From: Oikopleura dioica
Taxonomy: Eukaryota; Animalia; Chordata
NCBI GenBank assembly: GCA_907165135.1
Contig: OU015566.1
Span: 682,001 to 746,000 of the forward strand
Length of the DNA stretch: 64,000 nt
Reading direction: 5' to 3'
A program made the position numbers and the translations under genes. Of this stretch, positions 32,871 to 45,045 are shown piece after piece. The notes beneath the pieces are model-generated. The model was given only the letters and a program-made list of their open reading frames with translations. It was not told the DNA's origin and did not search any database. Position 1 is the stretch's first letter. Every line of letters begins with the position of its first letter.

Positions 32871-33024
32871 GGGATTTCGCATTTTCTCATCTTCATTTTT
32901 ATTGAGTTTCGAATTTAATCGTCACAATAGGAGACAATAATCGGATAAAATGCAAGTTATGAATCCTTAATAAAGATATTCTAGATAAAGTGTTGCAAAG
33001 TCGATGGACTTCTCATTCGATAAA

Positions 33025-36000
33025 ATGCGAATATCAATCTTAAACTTATTTTTTTATTGTGATTCTTTCAAAGTCTCCTATAAAATTCCAGTCGAACAAT
33101 ATCCTGAGCCCCATTCAATCGGTACAAATTTAGAAGAAATCAGTGAAGAGACATACCCTCTGCCAGTCAAAAGAGCCCTGTCTGCTAAGCAATCAGCTGA
33201 ACAAGATGTGCGCAGGGAAATCTTCGCTGGATATAATCGTTACAGTGCTCCACCACAAGAGCCAGTAGAGGTTGAGGTCTCGGTTGAGCTTGAATTTTTA
33301 GCAAAAATTGATTTTCGAAACAGTGCGATGAAATCGCTGATGCTGCTCCATACAAGTTGGCTTGGTAAGTGATATATCGTATTTGCTTTATTATAAAGTT
33401 TATGAAATATCCGTATTTTCGAGTTCCTTGATTGAAAGGTTTACAAGAATTCCATGAAACCAAATTGATGATTAGGGTAAGGGTGTCAAGGTCGATTTTA
33501 GGCTAGCTTATTAACCGGTCTAAGATTCTTTCTACTCACATTATTAGGGGGGTATTTTTCCGGAACGCCGAAGTTTTATTATAAAAATCTTTATGAAAGA
33601 ATTGTTCTATAGGAGACAAGCTTAAGAATCGCTTAAATTGGTTAAGGGGGTGTTGGTCGAGAACTATAAAATGATTTTTAATTTTCAACCATAACTTACA
33701 GTTATTCAATAAAAAACAATTCTTCAACAGATTCTCAATTCTTAAGAGGTAGATATCAAGAATCGGGATTTTCTGGCACGAACTAAAATAGGGAAGTTAT
33801 AAGCTAGGAAGTGACAGCGTAGGAGCGAACAAGAAAGTATCATACACGAAAGGATCAAATAAGAAAGTATCATACATGAAAGTATCAAATTAAATAGGAT
33901 CATGCATTAAAGGATCGAATTTTTTTGGAACCAATAAGATTGCCGTATAAGGCCTACCGGCCTATAAGAAACCCATCCTCAATCATTTTCAAATGTATGC
34001 CCGATCCAATCTTCCACGATACTGGCTTGGATCTTCCATTATAATTTGATCCTTTCGTGTATGATACTTTCTTGTTCGCTCCTACGCTGTCACTTCCTAG
34101 CTTATTACTTCCTTATTTTGGTTCGGCCCGATTTTCTGGCAGACTTTTCTCCCAATCCTAACATAGTGACCGATGATTTTTTTTTGTTTTAATAAAGAGT
34201 TGAGGCCCTTATCTCGTGCCTATGGGAGGCCGATTTTTTAATTTCCAGAAAAAAATCGTAAAAAATGGCGTTGAAAACTCGGAAATCGCTAAAAATGACC
34301 ATTTTCTTGGCAGACTTTCCTCGAAACCCTTATATAGGGCGGAATTTATTTTCTTCTGAGAAGTAAGATAAGACCCTTGTCTAGATCCTATGGAGGCCAG
34401 AATTTAAAATTTCAAAAATTTTTTTAACAAAAAAATCGATTTCCTGTTTTTCACGATTTTCAACGAAAATATATAATTTTGAATTTTTATTCAGTAGTAT
34501 TAAAATCATTCTATAAATGTTCCCAGGGGTTTCTGTTAATGTTTTTTGGACGAAAACTAAGTAATAACTTATCTAATTACTAATAATTGGTCGATCTATC
34601 ATAAAATGTGCAAATTTTCGAGATTTTAGAGGCGATTTTGTGAAAAATCACGTGGTCCAATCGAAAAATTTTTGCTTACAAGTTTTCTCCTTGACCTCGG
34701 AACTATACGTAGAAAAAGTTTGAGGCGAAAAAATGGAAAATTTTTTTTGATATCTACCTCCTTAAGGAGGTAGTACCCGGTTTTAAGAAAATCGGAATTT
34801 TCTTAACATATTTGGAAAGCCCGATAAACTTAAAACCTTGTGCTGATCATTTTATCTAAATATACGAGGATAGCCCCAAAAACCGCCGGTTGAAAAGTTA
34901 ATTTGAGATGAAAAATCTCAAAAACTGTTGATTTTTGTCTTTTTTATCCAAAGTTATAGCTTTATTTCGAGATGACCTCGAGATTATGTGAATAGTTTTT
35001 CAAAAGTCTTTAATAAAGATTTTTAAAGATCAATCTTCTCTAAAAATAGATTGTCAGTGTTGACCTCTCATAATGATTTGATCCGTAATTTATTTGGGGT
35101 ACGCGTTTCGGCGACTATTGTGCCTTCATCAGCCCCTAGTACAGATATAAATTTCACAGCTCAGAAAAAAGAAAGAATACTCTCACCTAGAGTTGGACAA
35201 TTTCGAATGAGATTGAAAGTTGAAAACAAAAGATGAAAACTCGCTTTCGCGGCAGATGTAATGGAGCGCCAGAGAAAGCGAGTTTCACTTTCGAGCGGTT
35301 TTCACTGGTGCGAGGTGCGACAGTATTGGCCGCAGAATGCGTGCTATTCTCAAGAAAGTAACTCCAAAATTCTTTCTAAGACTCTGTTGGAAAACAGTGA
35401 GAATAGAACAATGTCTGCATCCAACCTGGAAGCGTCCGGTCCCGATTGAGCAAAAGAGTGGGGTCGTTTACCACTATAAATGCCCTTGTGGCAAAAATGA
35501 TTATCAGGGTGAAACAAAGAGGCAGCTTGGAACAAGAATTCAGGAGCATTTTGAGCCCAGATATCGTAGCCCTATGTTCTTCCATACTTTGAGGTGTCCA
35601 AAATTCAGGGAACTTTTTGACACATATTTAAATGAGCCAGACACTCCTAAATACAAACGACTTCTAGAGCTAGAATCAAAACCAATTTCTGCTTCAAACA
35701 CAAACTCGTTTCTGTTATCTCCAATCAACCGTACTACAAAGACCGTTTTCTTTGTGAAGCGTTTGCAATGAAATTAAGGGGGTGGTGGTCGAGAAATTTT
35801 TTTTCGGCTTTTAAAAATTTTGATATTATTTTTAGATTCCTTGATAAAAAAGGAACATATTTGGTCTCTAGCTTTTTTTGATTGGACCAACTTTATTTAA
35901 GAAAATTCTCGATTTTATGCTATGAAATCGCCATTTTCGGGAATTTTGAAACGCTTTTTTCGTACGAAGACTAATTTTAAATTGATTTTTTATTGCGAAG

Positions 36001-39000
36001 TAATGGTTTTTGATCATATTTTTATTATAAAAATCTAAAAAATTATAAATGATAAGGGGATAGAGTTTTTTAGGTCAAGAGATGGGTCGACTTTGAAGAA
36101 ATTTTTCATCATTTTTTCCGAAAAAATATTTTTTTCAAATATAGCCGCCCACATTAATTGGACCCTTTTTAACTTATTTTTAATTATAGAAAAAAAAATT
36201 TTTTTGAAAAAATTTGAGTTTTTTAGGTAGAAAAAAGTCTTAGTCTCGACCACCACCCCCTTAAAAGATCCAAGCTTAAGGAGGGGGTCGACGAGAAAAT
36301 TTTTCTCGCTTTTTCAAAATTTTGGTTATATTTTTGGATTCCTTAATAAAAAAGGAGCATTTTTGGTCTCCAGCTTTTTATGCATTGGTTAACTTTTTTT
36401 AACAAAATTTACGATTTTGTGTCTGGAATTCGAGATTTTACAAAATTTAAAAGTTGATTATTTCACCCAAAAACAATCTTAATCCGATTTTTTTTTACTA
36501 GATACTGTTTATGAATGGTTTTATTATTATTTTCAGTATAAAATTCCGAGTCTCGGCGCTTTTGGTGAAATTCTCCGTGAAAAATCGCATATTTTTAGTC
36601 AAAAGAAAAATTTTTTTTAATAAAAGCAGCCCGTTATATATTGTCGCCGCTGTATTTTTAAGGGTTTCAACTTACTATTTATTTAATTTGACAAAGAAAA
36701 AAAAATCCCGTTTTCGAGATTTTTTGGTTACGAGTAACCCCCACTTTGACCCAATTTATTGAAAAATTTTCCAAAAATTTTTTTCTAGTTTTCGCCGCTG
36801 TTTTTTTCAAACACTTTTCTTTCTACCTGAAAAGTCAGAATTTGCCTATCTAAGCAGGTTTTTCCGGATTTTTGGTTACAGAAATCCCGATTCTCGTCGA
36901 CCTCCCCCTTAAATAAGCAGATCAAGTTCGCTGAAGTTAAATTTCTGTAATGGAGCATTTGAAACTCGTTTTCTCTGGCGCTCCATTACATCTGCCGCGA
37001 AAGCGAGTTTTCATCTTTTGTTTTCAACTTTCAATCTCATTCGAAATTGTCCAACTCTAGGTGAGAGTATTCTTTCTTTTTTCTGAGCTGTGAAATTTAT
37101 ATCTGTACTAGGGGCTGATGAAGGCACAATAGTCGCCGAAACGCGTAACCCAAATAAATTACGGATCAAATTCTCTAAAAATCTCATTTTTCATGATTTT
37201 AAGACCCCAGCCTGGGGACCCCAGGTTTAATCGATGGTTTTACAGAATGATTTTTTGAATTTTTTTTTCGCTCAATTCAAACTTAGAAGAAGGAACAGTT
37301 AGTTTCCAAATTTCCGGAGTCCGAATTTCCGGACATTTTTCAGATTTTAAGGCATGTAAGTGGGACAATTCAAAATCGACCATTGTCCAAATTTCCGGAC
37401 TTTTTTCAGATTTTATTGATAAGCCATCATTTTCTCTAAATAAAAAATCACTCTACGGTTAAATTAACTTCTTTTTGGGCGCAAGCTGAGCTTGTTCGCG
37501 AGGTTGAAGAAAGGGAGTAAAACTTAGGGTCGTTTAGTGGTTTTTCTTTCATAATCTCTTTGTATTGAGCCCGTACCAACGTTTTTTAACGCCGGAACGC
37601 ATATCGACCCGTTTTTGGGTAATGCGCTCTTTAGACCCTTATAACTCAACTTTTCCTTTGTATAAGAAAAAATGAACCCCTGTTTATGGAGCTACATTTC
37701 GATGAGGAAGTCAATTCTAGTTTCAGAAAAAAATAATTTCAAAAATTATAGATTTTAGCTATTGAATGAAATTTGATAGTCCCATGAAATTAGTGTATTT
37801 TAACGATAATTTATTCAACGGCATTTTTTTCGCGTTCGGAAGAAGGCATATTACTCAAAGCATATTTTATCATATCCATATCCAATCAGTTCTATATTGT
37901 AGTTTAGAGCCTAGTGATCAATTTTCTATAAAATTTAATCTCTTATACAGTGTGCATATGGCGTAAAAGGTGCTTACCCAAAAATGGGTCAATATGCGTT
38001 CCGGGAGAAAAAATTTTTATGCGATCCTGATTTTTGTTATGTGAGCAAAGATGGCTAAAACGAACCAATTTGTGAAATTTTGAAAATTTTCTCAAAAGCG
38101 GTGGCATTTTTCACCGGATTTATCTTTCACTCTGTAGTTGAAAATCCAAAAAGTGTTTTTAAAAATTAATTGTAAATTTTTATAGGTGAGTGTTCAAGCT
38201 TTCCAACGATATTTATTGTAACTTTTTTCCTTGCCGGAAACGCAAGTTTGAGCTAAAAGTCTTGAGCGCTCTTTATCACACTCCGAATTTTGCGCGCCGC
38301 GCGGGGCTGAATAATGCATTGTGGTCCCCTCACCCGACCCCGTGTTTTGAGCGCTTAGTCGCGCGCCCGTGTATTGAGAAGTTAAGAATACTTGGTGGGA
38401 CATACAATTTTTTCCTGTGACTCAAATTTCCGGACATTTTTTTCGAAACCAGGGGACAAAATTAGTCAGGAAATTAGGAAACCAACTGTATGATTTTTCG
38501 AAAAATAGAATTGGATTGAATTTTTGAAACAACCTCTTGATTTTAGGCGCGTTTCAAAATCGGGCCGACACTGACTCAGGGTTCGAAATTTGCTTTTCAC
38601 TCAGAGTGAACAGAGATATTTATCAATGAGAATTCTTCCTTCAGATTATATATGAGTCATAAAATATGATTAAATCGTGCATTCTTTAAAAAATTTCAGA
38701 CTCTCGTTTTGTTTGGAACCCGGAGGATCATAATAATATTACAAGTGTATCAATTTCCAGAAAATACATTTATGATATTATTCCAGAAATCATCAATATA
38801 ATTGGAGGTTACAGGGGTTATATTCATGCGTCATCTGTGGACTTCAGGTTTGCAATAACGATGGAGAGAGTAATTTATTATCAGGGGCATTATTAAAACT
38901 GTGACACGAATTGATGTCATTACTCGATGCAGCATGAATCCTTATCTTTACCCTTTTGACTTACAACAATGCTATATTGATCTTGCATTCCCTGATTTGC

Positions 39001-42000
39001 CAACGGAAAAAAGTCAAGGCTCAAAAAGTTTATATCGCCTAAAAGTCGACAATATACATTAATTACTTGTTTTGAGCTTTCTGACAGAATCCTTAAAATA
39101 GATAAGTGGAAAGAAGCGAACAATATAACAAACATTCCTGATGATAAGATTGAGTACAAAGGGAAGTTATTATTTTGCCGTTATATTAAATTAATTCCCT
39201 GTACTAAAGAAAAAAGATAAAACTTTATTTTATCTTAATCAAGTCGCAGATCGTGTCTGTATTAGCCCAGATAAGCTGTTTTTCAATCAAAATTTACCTA
39301 GGTTTTCCCCGCAAAACCAAAAGCTGGGCTAACCCTTATCAATTATAATGTTTATCACATTTTCTTGTAGCTCTTGAGATGCTTATTCGGAATCACGAAT
39401 AAATATTTTCTTGGCAATGGAAATTTATATGAGATAGCTATATATGTCGAAAGTACACCGGAAGTCCGGTTAAGGGACCACCCGCACCGAGCTTTCATAA
39501 GCGCAGAAGTATCCCTTATCTTCCTCAATTTTTTATAAATTTATCAGATCAAGTGTAGTTTTTCCTCCTCTTTCATCTCCAAATCCCTTTTTTTATATCA
39601 TGATTTTTGAATTCAGGAGAAAGAAAAAGTGAGGCTCAACTTCAAAAGGCATCAGCTCCTTAACTACTTCTTAGTTGAAGTTATAAATACCCTCATCGAA
39701 AAGCGCATTAAATTTTGACCAGGTCTACGTTCGCGTGGTCTTCGAATTTCGCTTATATCCGGTCAAAATCAGGGGATTAGTACAGTCACTCAATATTGCA
39801 AATTCCCGGCCGCGCGAAGGGTGTTCTTTGATAAATCCCCGATTACGATCGTATACAAACAAAATTTGAAGACCACGCGAACGTAGACCTAGTCAAAATT
39901 GAATGCGATTTTCGATGATGGTATTTATAACTTAAACTGACAAGTAGTTTAGGAGCTAATGCCTTTGAAGTTGAGCTTCACTTTTTCTCTCCCCGAATTC
40001 AAAAATCATGATATAAAAAATCGAATAGGAGATGAAAGAGGAGGAAAACTACACTTGATCTGATAAATTTATAAAACTTCTGCGCTTTTGAAAAGCGGCG
40101 CGAGCTCGGTGCGGGTGGTTCGTTAAGGATATAGCCTATGAAATTGAACTTTCATAGCGCCTAAATGCGACGTCGGATCAATTTTTTCAAAAGCAATCCT
40201 ACCTGAAAATGTACGCAGAACTCGATTCTGGTACTTTTTTAAAAACTTTTATTTGAATGTTTCTCTGTAGAGCGTTTTGAAATCTTACGATCGCGATTTC
40301 TCGAAATTTTTCGCTAAAACAAAACCTATCACTGCAATATTAAAATGCTAAACTAGAATATTGTGGCTGAAAAATTATCAAATTCGGCTAAATTTTCATT
40401 CTAGTGCTTTCCTCTTTCTTGCTACTGTTTTTCTTCCATGCGCGCTTTTTTGGGTCCAACCAATCAGAGCGCTCGTTCAAACGCGCGCACTCTCTCGGGA
40501 AAGAGGAGTCGAGAGATTGAGCACCCAACGCAGCGCCTTTTACACTATTCATGCGCGCTGATTGGTTGGACCTAAAAAAGCGAGCATGAAAGAAAAACAG
40601 GAGCAAGAAAGAGGAAAACACTTGAATAAAAATTTGGCCAAGTTTGATAATTTTTCAGCCACAATATTCTAGTTTAGCATTTTGCTAATGCAGTCATTGG
40701 TTTAGTTTAAGCGACTTAATGTAAAAATTTCGAGAAATCGCGATCGTAAGATTTCAAAACGCTCTACAGAGAAAATTCAGATGAAAATTTTTAAAAAAGT
40801 ACCAGAATCGAGTTCTGCGTACATTTCTTGATAGGATTGCCTTTCATAGGCTATATCCTTAATCGAGATTATTTGCAAGCTGGCTCGCGCCCCTCTTCGC
40901 GGCGCTGTCAAAAATCTCATGCTTTCGGGAAATTAATCAAAGTTGGCATGTCTGTCAAGCAAAGCCTTTCAAATTTACTCTCACTTTTAGAATTTTTCTA
41001 TGACCACTTCAAAAAAGTTGCAGCGCCGAGAGAAAGTGCTGTTATAAAAATCTGCCCAGCTCAAACGGCTCTTCGCACGAAGAAAAAAATAGCCTTTTAG
41101 AAAAACTAGTGTTTTTCTTACTAAAGTTACATCTGCGCATATCAAAATTTTGATCAGGCTTGGTTTGCTAAGCAAATATGTCAGAATTTCCTGTCGCGCT
41201 GGGCCATCTCAAGCTGATTTACCGCCTTTTCGCGCGAGCGCAGCGGGATTTTTACCCTTAATCTGATAATTAGGACTTATCAGTTCTAAATTCCAAAAAT
41301 GCGCCTTTGATAAAAAGACTACGACCTTTCCAGTGAGACTACTTATGTCTTTCTCCTATGAGCCATTTGAGCTAGGCAGATTTTCGTAACCGCACTTCCT
41401 CTCAGCGCCGCATTTTTTTGGAGTGGTCAAAGAAAAATTCTGAAAGTGAGAATATATTCGAAAGGCTTTGCTTGATAAATTTGCCACTTTTCATATATTT
41501 CCCAAAAGCAAGAGATTTTTGACAGCGCGGTGAAAAGGGGCGCGAGCCAGCAATTGTTTACGCGGAAAGCCTAAATATACGGAATATAATATACCCTTTG
41601 GGGGTGAAAGAGTCAAGATAGACGTCTTTTGTCCTTTTACGAAGGACAAGAATCCATTTCCGAGGTTCAAAAAATTTTATTTAGGAATTTTTTTTCTTAG
41701 AGCTTTGCGGAAATGGCTGTATTTCATGGGTAAATCCCAGCTTGTGGAGATGAAGCTTTTTGGGAAGTGAAGCCTACTCAATGGTTCGCCATTCAAATTT
41801 ACTTGAAAAAATGAAATTTTTTGTCGGGATTTTTTGTCGATTGAAAGACACCTCCCAATAAAACGGCTTTTCGATATTCCCTCGCAAAGATACCAATATT
41901 TCCACATTGTTTGCTATGTTTTATGGTGAAAGTGATGAATGGAACCTTGTCGGAGTCAAATTCGGAAGCTCTTTCGTCGAAAATAATCAGGGGGCGAATT

Positions 42001-44097
42001 TTTCTTTGGTTCGAGTTGATTTTGCCCTGAATCGGAAAACAGCGAAATATGGTTTGACGTTGCTTTTCCCTATTATCTGCCTAAATGTTTTGGTTTGTGT
42101 GGGGATGTGGATGCCTGTGTCAGGTGGAGAGAGTATTGGATTTCAGATTACAGTGCTCCTCTCAATGATTGTTTACCTGGATGTTCTCTCTAGAACAGAG
42201 TTGCAAATTTGCTGTGCTGAGTGAGCTGAGCTAGCTAAGTCAGGTAAGAGTGTCGCCCAGCTCAGCTCAGCTTAAGTATTTTCAAAAATGATCTGGTCTG
42301 CTCAGCTCAGCTCGAACAATAATCACTCATTTCAGCTCAGCTCAATCATTTTTGGACATGATCTTTTCTGCTCAGCTCAATCAGCTTAGTTTTGCTCCTA
42401 AAAGGGTCTGCTCAGCTTAACTACCTCAAGAAAATGTCTGCTCAGCTCAGCTCAGCTCGACGACTTCTACAGTGATGTGTGGAATCGCTGCACCCTTAGC
42501 GAGTGCTGCGTTGCTGCACCCCTGACTCGCATTTTTTCTATTGTTTTCTTCTAGAAGTAGCAAAAGTGAGTGCTGCGTTTCTGCACCTTTAACCCGGAGT
42601 CTAGGGGTGCAGCAACTCCACACACCACTGTAAGAAAGGGAAACGCTCGGTTCGTGTACCAATAGGTATTCGAATACCAAATCTCCTCAAAAATTCAAAA
42701 TTTGCTGCACCCAAAGAGTGCCTATGTGCTTCGCGCCTGTTAAAATTTTGTTAAACGAATCGAGCGTCCCCGCTAAGCAGAGTCTGAGTGACTAGACAAA
42801 CAGGGCCGCCCACGCAATTTCCGCTCGTTCGGACAAATTTTGCATTGTAAAATGTCCAAACGACTTGAGACTAAGTCAGTCAGGAATGATAATCGCGGTA
42901 GTAGGGTAGTAACGTAGTAATGTAGTAAATTACTACATTTTACTACATCATGTGGTAGTAATGGTAGTATGTAGTAGCATTCTCAGAAGTATGTAGTAAT
43001 GTAGTAATACTACATTACTACATGCAGTTCTAGAGATAAATTTATTTTTGGGAAATATGCCATTTTTCGCATTATTCTATCCAAGAGAGACGTCTAATTT
43101 TTTCTCACGTTATCTATGTTTCTTTTCATTTTTTAAAAGTGTTAATTAATATACAACTAATCTAATTTGACTTCAAAAATTTTCAATTTAAGTTATTTTG
43201 TTGGTAGTAAATGGTAGCAAACTCGTTACTACATACTACTTACTACAATTTTTTGTAGTAATGGTAGTATGTAGTAGCCGTTTTTGGAAACCGAGGTAGT
43301 AATGAAGTAATGTAGTAGGGGTATTATTGAGCGCTGTATTCTGGTGGTAGTAATGGTAGTATGTAGTAGCAACATGTTACTACATTTCTTACTCTGCCGC
43401 TAAGAAAGCCTCGCTCAACTCAGCTCAGCTCAGCAAAAAAAAGCAAAATTTGCAACTCTGCTCAAGAAAGGGACAAGATATAAATGAGATAAAGATATAA
43501 ATATAAAAGATATAAAAATAAAGGTATAAGCTTTTTGGCAAAAGCTATCAAAAATATACCCTTAAAAAGATCGATGCCCGTCTTTGACAATCTTGAAGTC
43601 GCTCCTCGAATTCTTTATTTATTTCTTATCAGTGTCATTGGAAGCGTATGCGCACATTTAATCATAAGTGAGTCCCTTCTCATGATTCTATGCAATAAAT
43701 TCATTAAGCACGAACATTGTGGTATTACGACGGAAGAAACGAAATCGTCAAAAGCTTTTGTACTCGTCGGAGTAGATTTGCTTACAACCTGGCCAGATTT
43801 TTCCAAATTTTCAAAACTGACAATTATGAAATCCCAAAGCTTATTCGTTTGAAGGCAGATCCAGTTAAAAATCAAGATATCAAAGGTTTTTGAAAATCAA
43901 TGCTCAGTTAAATACGATTATGAGATTATAAGATGAAAAAGAAACACTACAATGCTGCGTGGCAATTCTACGGCAAGATGATCGCGAATTTGTGGGGAGT
44001 TATTTTGACTGTTGGCATTTTGACATCCACGATTTGGATTTTGATCGATATTCGGCTGGAGAGTGACCGTGTCACCGAGGAGATAATGAATGAATGA
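33025..44097 (+). CDS. Cys-loop ligand-gated ion channel subunit (nAChR non-alpha / 5-HT3-like), with large transposon-filled introns
   Basis: Exons give YNRYSAPPQEPVEVEVSVEL...W-LDSRFVWNPED; Cys-loop CSMNPYLYPFDLQQC (38928-38972); M1-M2 YGLTLLFP...GGESIGFQITVLLSM; M3 APRILYLFLISVIG; M4 WQFYGKMIANLWGVIL. Confidence 0.9.
33746..34761. mobile_element. TTAA-flanked non-autonomous DNA transposon (Kolobok-like, GG/GA termini)
   Basis: TIR GAGGTAGATATCAA / TTGATATCTACCTCC; TTAA on both sides. Confidence 0.7.
35096..35136 (-). ncRNA. Minimal hammerhead ribozyme (Penelope pLTR type)
   Basis: Minus strand reads GGGG-CUGAUGA-A-GGC...GCC-GAAA-CGCG-UA-CCCC: intact core, 4-bp stem I, palindromic stem III. 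Confidence 0.85.
35778..36260. mobile_element. TTAA-flanked MITE (Kolobok-like)
   Basis: TIR GGGGGTGGTGGTCGAGA / TCTCGACCACCACCCCC with TTAA on both sides. Confidence 0.8.
36280..36908. mobile_element. TTAA-flanked MITE (Kolobok-like)
   Basis: TIR GGAGGGGGTCGACGAGA / TCTCGTCGACCTCCCCC with TTAA on both sides. Confidence 0.7.
37111..37151 (+). ncRNA. Minimal hammerhead ribozyme, second copy
   Basis: GGGGCTGATGAAGGCACAATAGTCGCCGAAACGCGTAACCC; one stem I mismatch relative to the other copy. Confidence 0.8.
39474..40122. mobile_element. TTAA-flanked element with long internal inverted arms
   Basis: TIR (G/C)G(G/A)ACCACCCGCACCGAGCT; its right TTAA is shared with the next element. Confidence 0.65.
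40127..40858. mobile_element. TTAA-flanked foldback MITE
   Basis: GGATATAGCCTATGAAA...TTTCATAGGCTATATCC; near-palindromic over most of its length; TTAA on both sides. Confidence 0.8.
42196..43460. mobile_element. hAT-like non-autonomous element with (GCTCA)n subterminal repeats and nested repeats
   Basis: CAGAGTTGCAAATTT / AAATTTGCAACTCTG termini; 8-bp flanks CTCTAGAA / CTCAAGAA; nested GCTGCACCC and GTAGTAAT repeat blocks. Confidence 0.75.
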
Positions 44098-44136
44098 AAA
44101 TTTCACCTTGTCGGCAACTACAATTTTAATTTTAGC

Positions 44137-44866
44137 CAGAGTTGCAAATTTACTGAGCTGAGCTGAGTGAGCTGAGCTAGCTGAGTGACTGCTCAGCTCA
44201 GCTCAGGGATTTTTGAAAGTGATATGATCTGCACAGCTCAGCTCAGACAATCTTCACTTTGCTTAGCTCAGCTCAGCTTTATTATTTTTAACACAATTAA
44301 ACAACTCAAGGACCCCCCCGTCAACAATTTTCCTCAAAAAATCGAAAATTTCAAAAAAGCCATATTTCGGCTTCTGAGTGTGCCTGGAAGTTTCATACAT
44401 CATAAAACCTGTTCGGAGCTCTTCTTGACCAATAAAATTCAAAAATTTTTAGCAAAATTGGGACTTTTCAGTCATTTTTCGCCAAAAAGTCCAATTTTCA
44501 AACGCGATTTTGAGGGTGTTAGAGTCGAGATAGACCCCCAAAAAATGAAGCCTCAAAATCGTTTTTTGACCCGTAGAATTCATTTCCGGGGTCAAAATTT
44601 TAAAATTCCGAAAATCAATTTTTCGAAAACTGTTGACGGGGGGGTCCTTAAACCACAATAAATATAGCTCAGCTAAGCTGAGCTCGGTCAGCTCAGCTCC
44701 AGTTAGGGTTTGCTCAGCTCAGCTTAGCTCAACTACAAAAAAAACTTCTCGGCTCAGCTCCGCTCAATGATCTCTGAAAAAGACCAGCTCAGCTCAGCTC
44801 ACCTCAAAGAAATTATTACTAAGGCGGACTCGTCTCAGCAAAAATAAAGCGAAATTTGTAACTCTG
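44137..44866. mobile_element. Second copy of the hAT-like (GCTCA)n family, with a nested MITE at about 44308-44650
   Basis: Same termini; 8-bp flanks ATTTTAGC / ATTTTAGA. Confidence 0.75.
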
Positions 44867-45045
44867 ATTTTAGATGAAATTTGAATGTGATCCTTGTTAA
44901 ATTGCATGATTTGAATAAAAATAAATAATCAAACATTGACTCCTTGAAATTGAAATTATAATCAATAAGATGATTTTCCGTGTTTAATCAAATGAATATT
45001 CAGAATGAAGAATTTTGTTCTTTGTGCTGAGAAATAAATATGGCA

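Larger units (their letters stand above)
35075..37170 (+). mobile_element. 5'-truncated Penelope-like retroelement: GIY-YIG endonuclease fragment between inverted pseudo-LTRs
   Basis: KSGVVYHYKCPCGKNDYQGETKRQLGTRIQEH (35337-35771 ORF); about 35075-35290 is the reverse complement of about 36955-37170; two MITEs are inserted internally. Confidence 0.85.

Noticed and set aside
41570-41670. CPFTKDKNPFP as the channel's Cys-loop exon
   Set aside because: Wrong spacing; the true C-x13-C loop is at 38928-38972.
42890-43400. GTAGTA-rich block as a second Polinton terminus
   Set aside because: It is an internal simple-repeat-rich MITE nested in the hAT-like element; no matching TIR sequence, TSD or viral genes.
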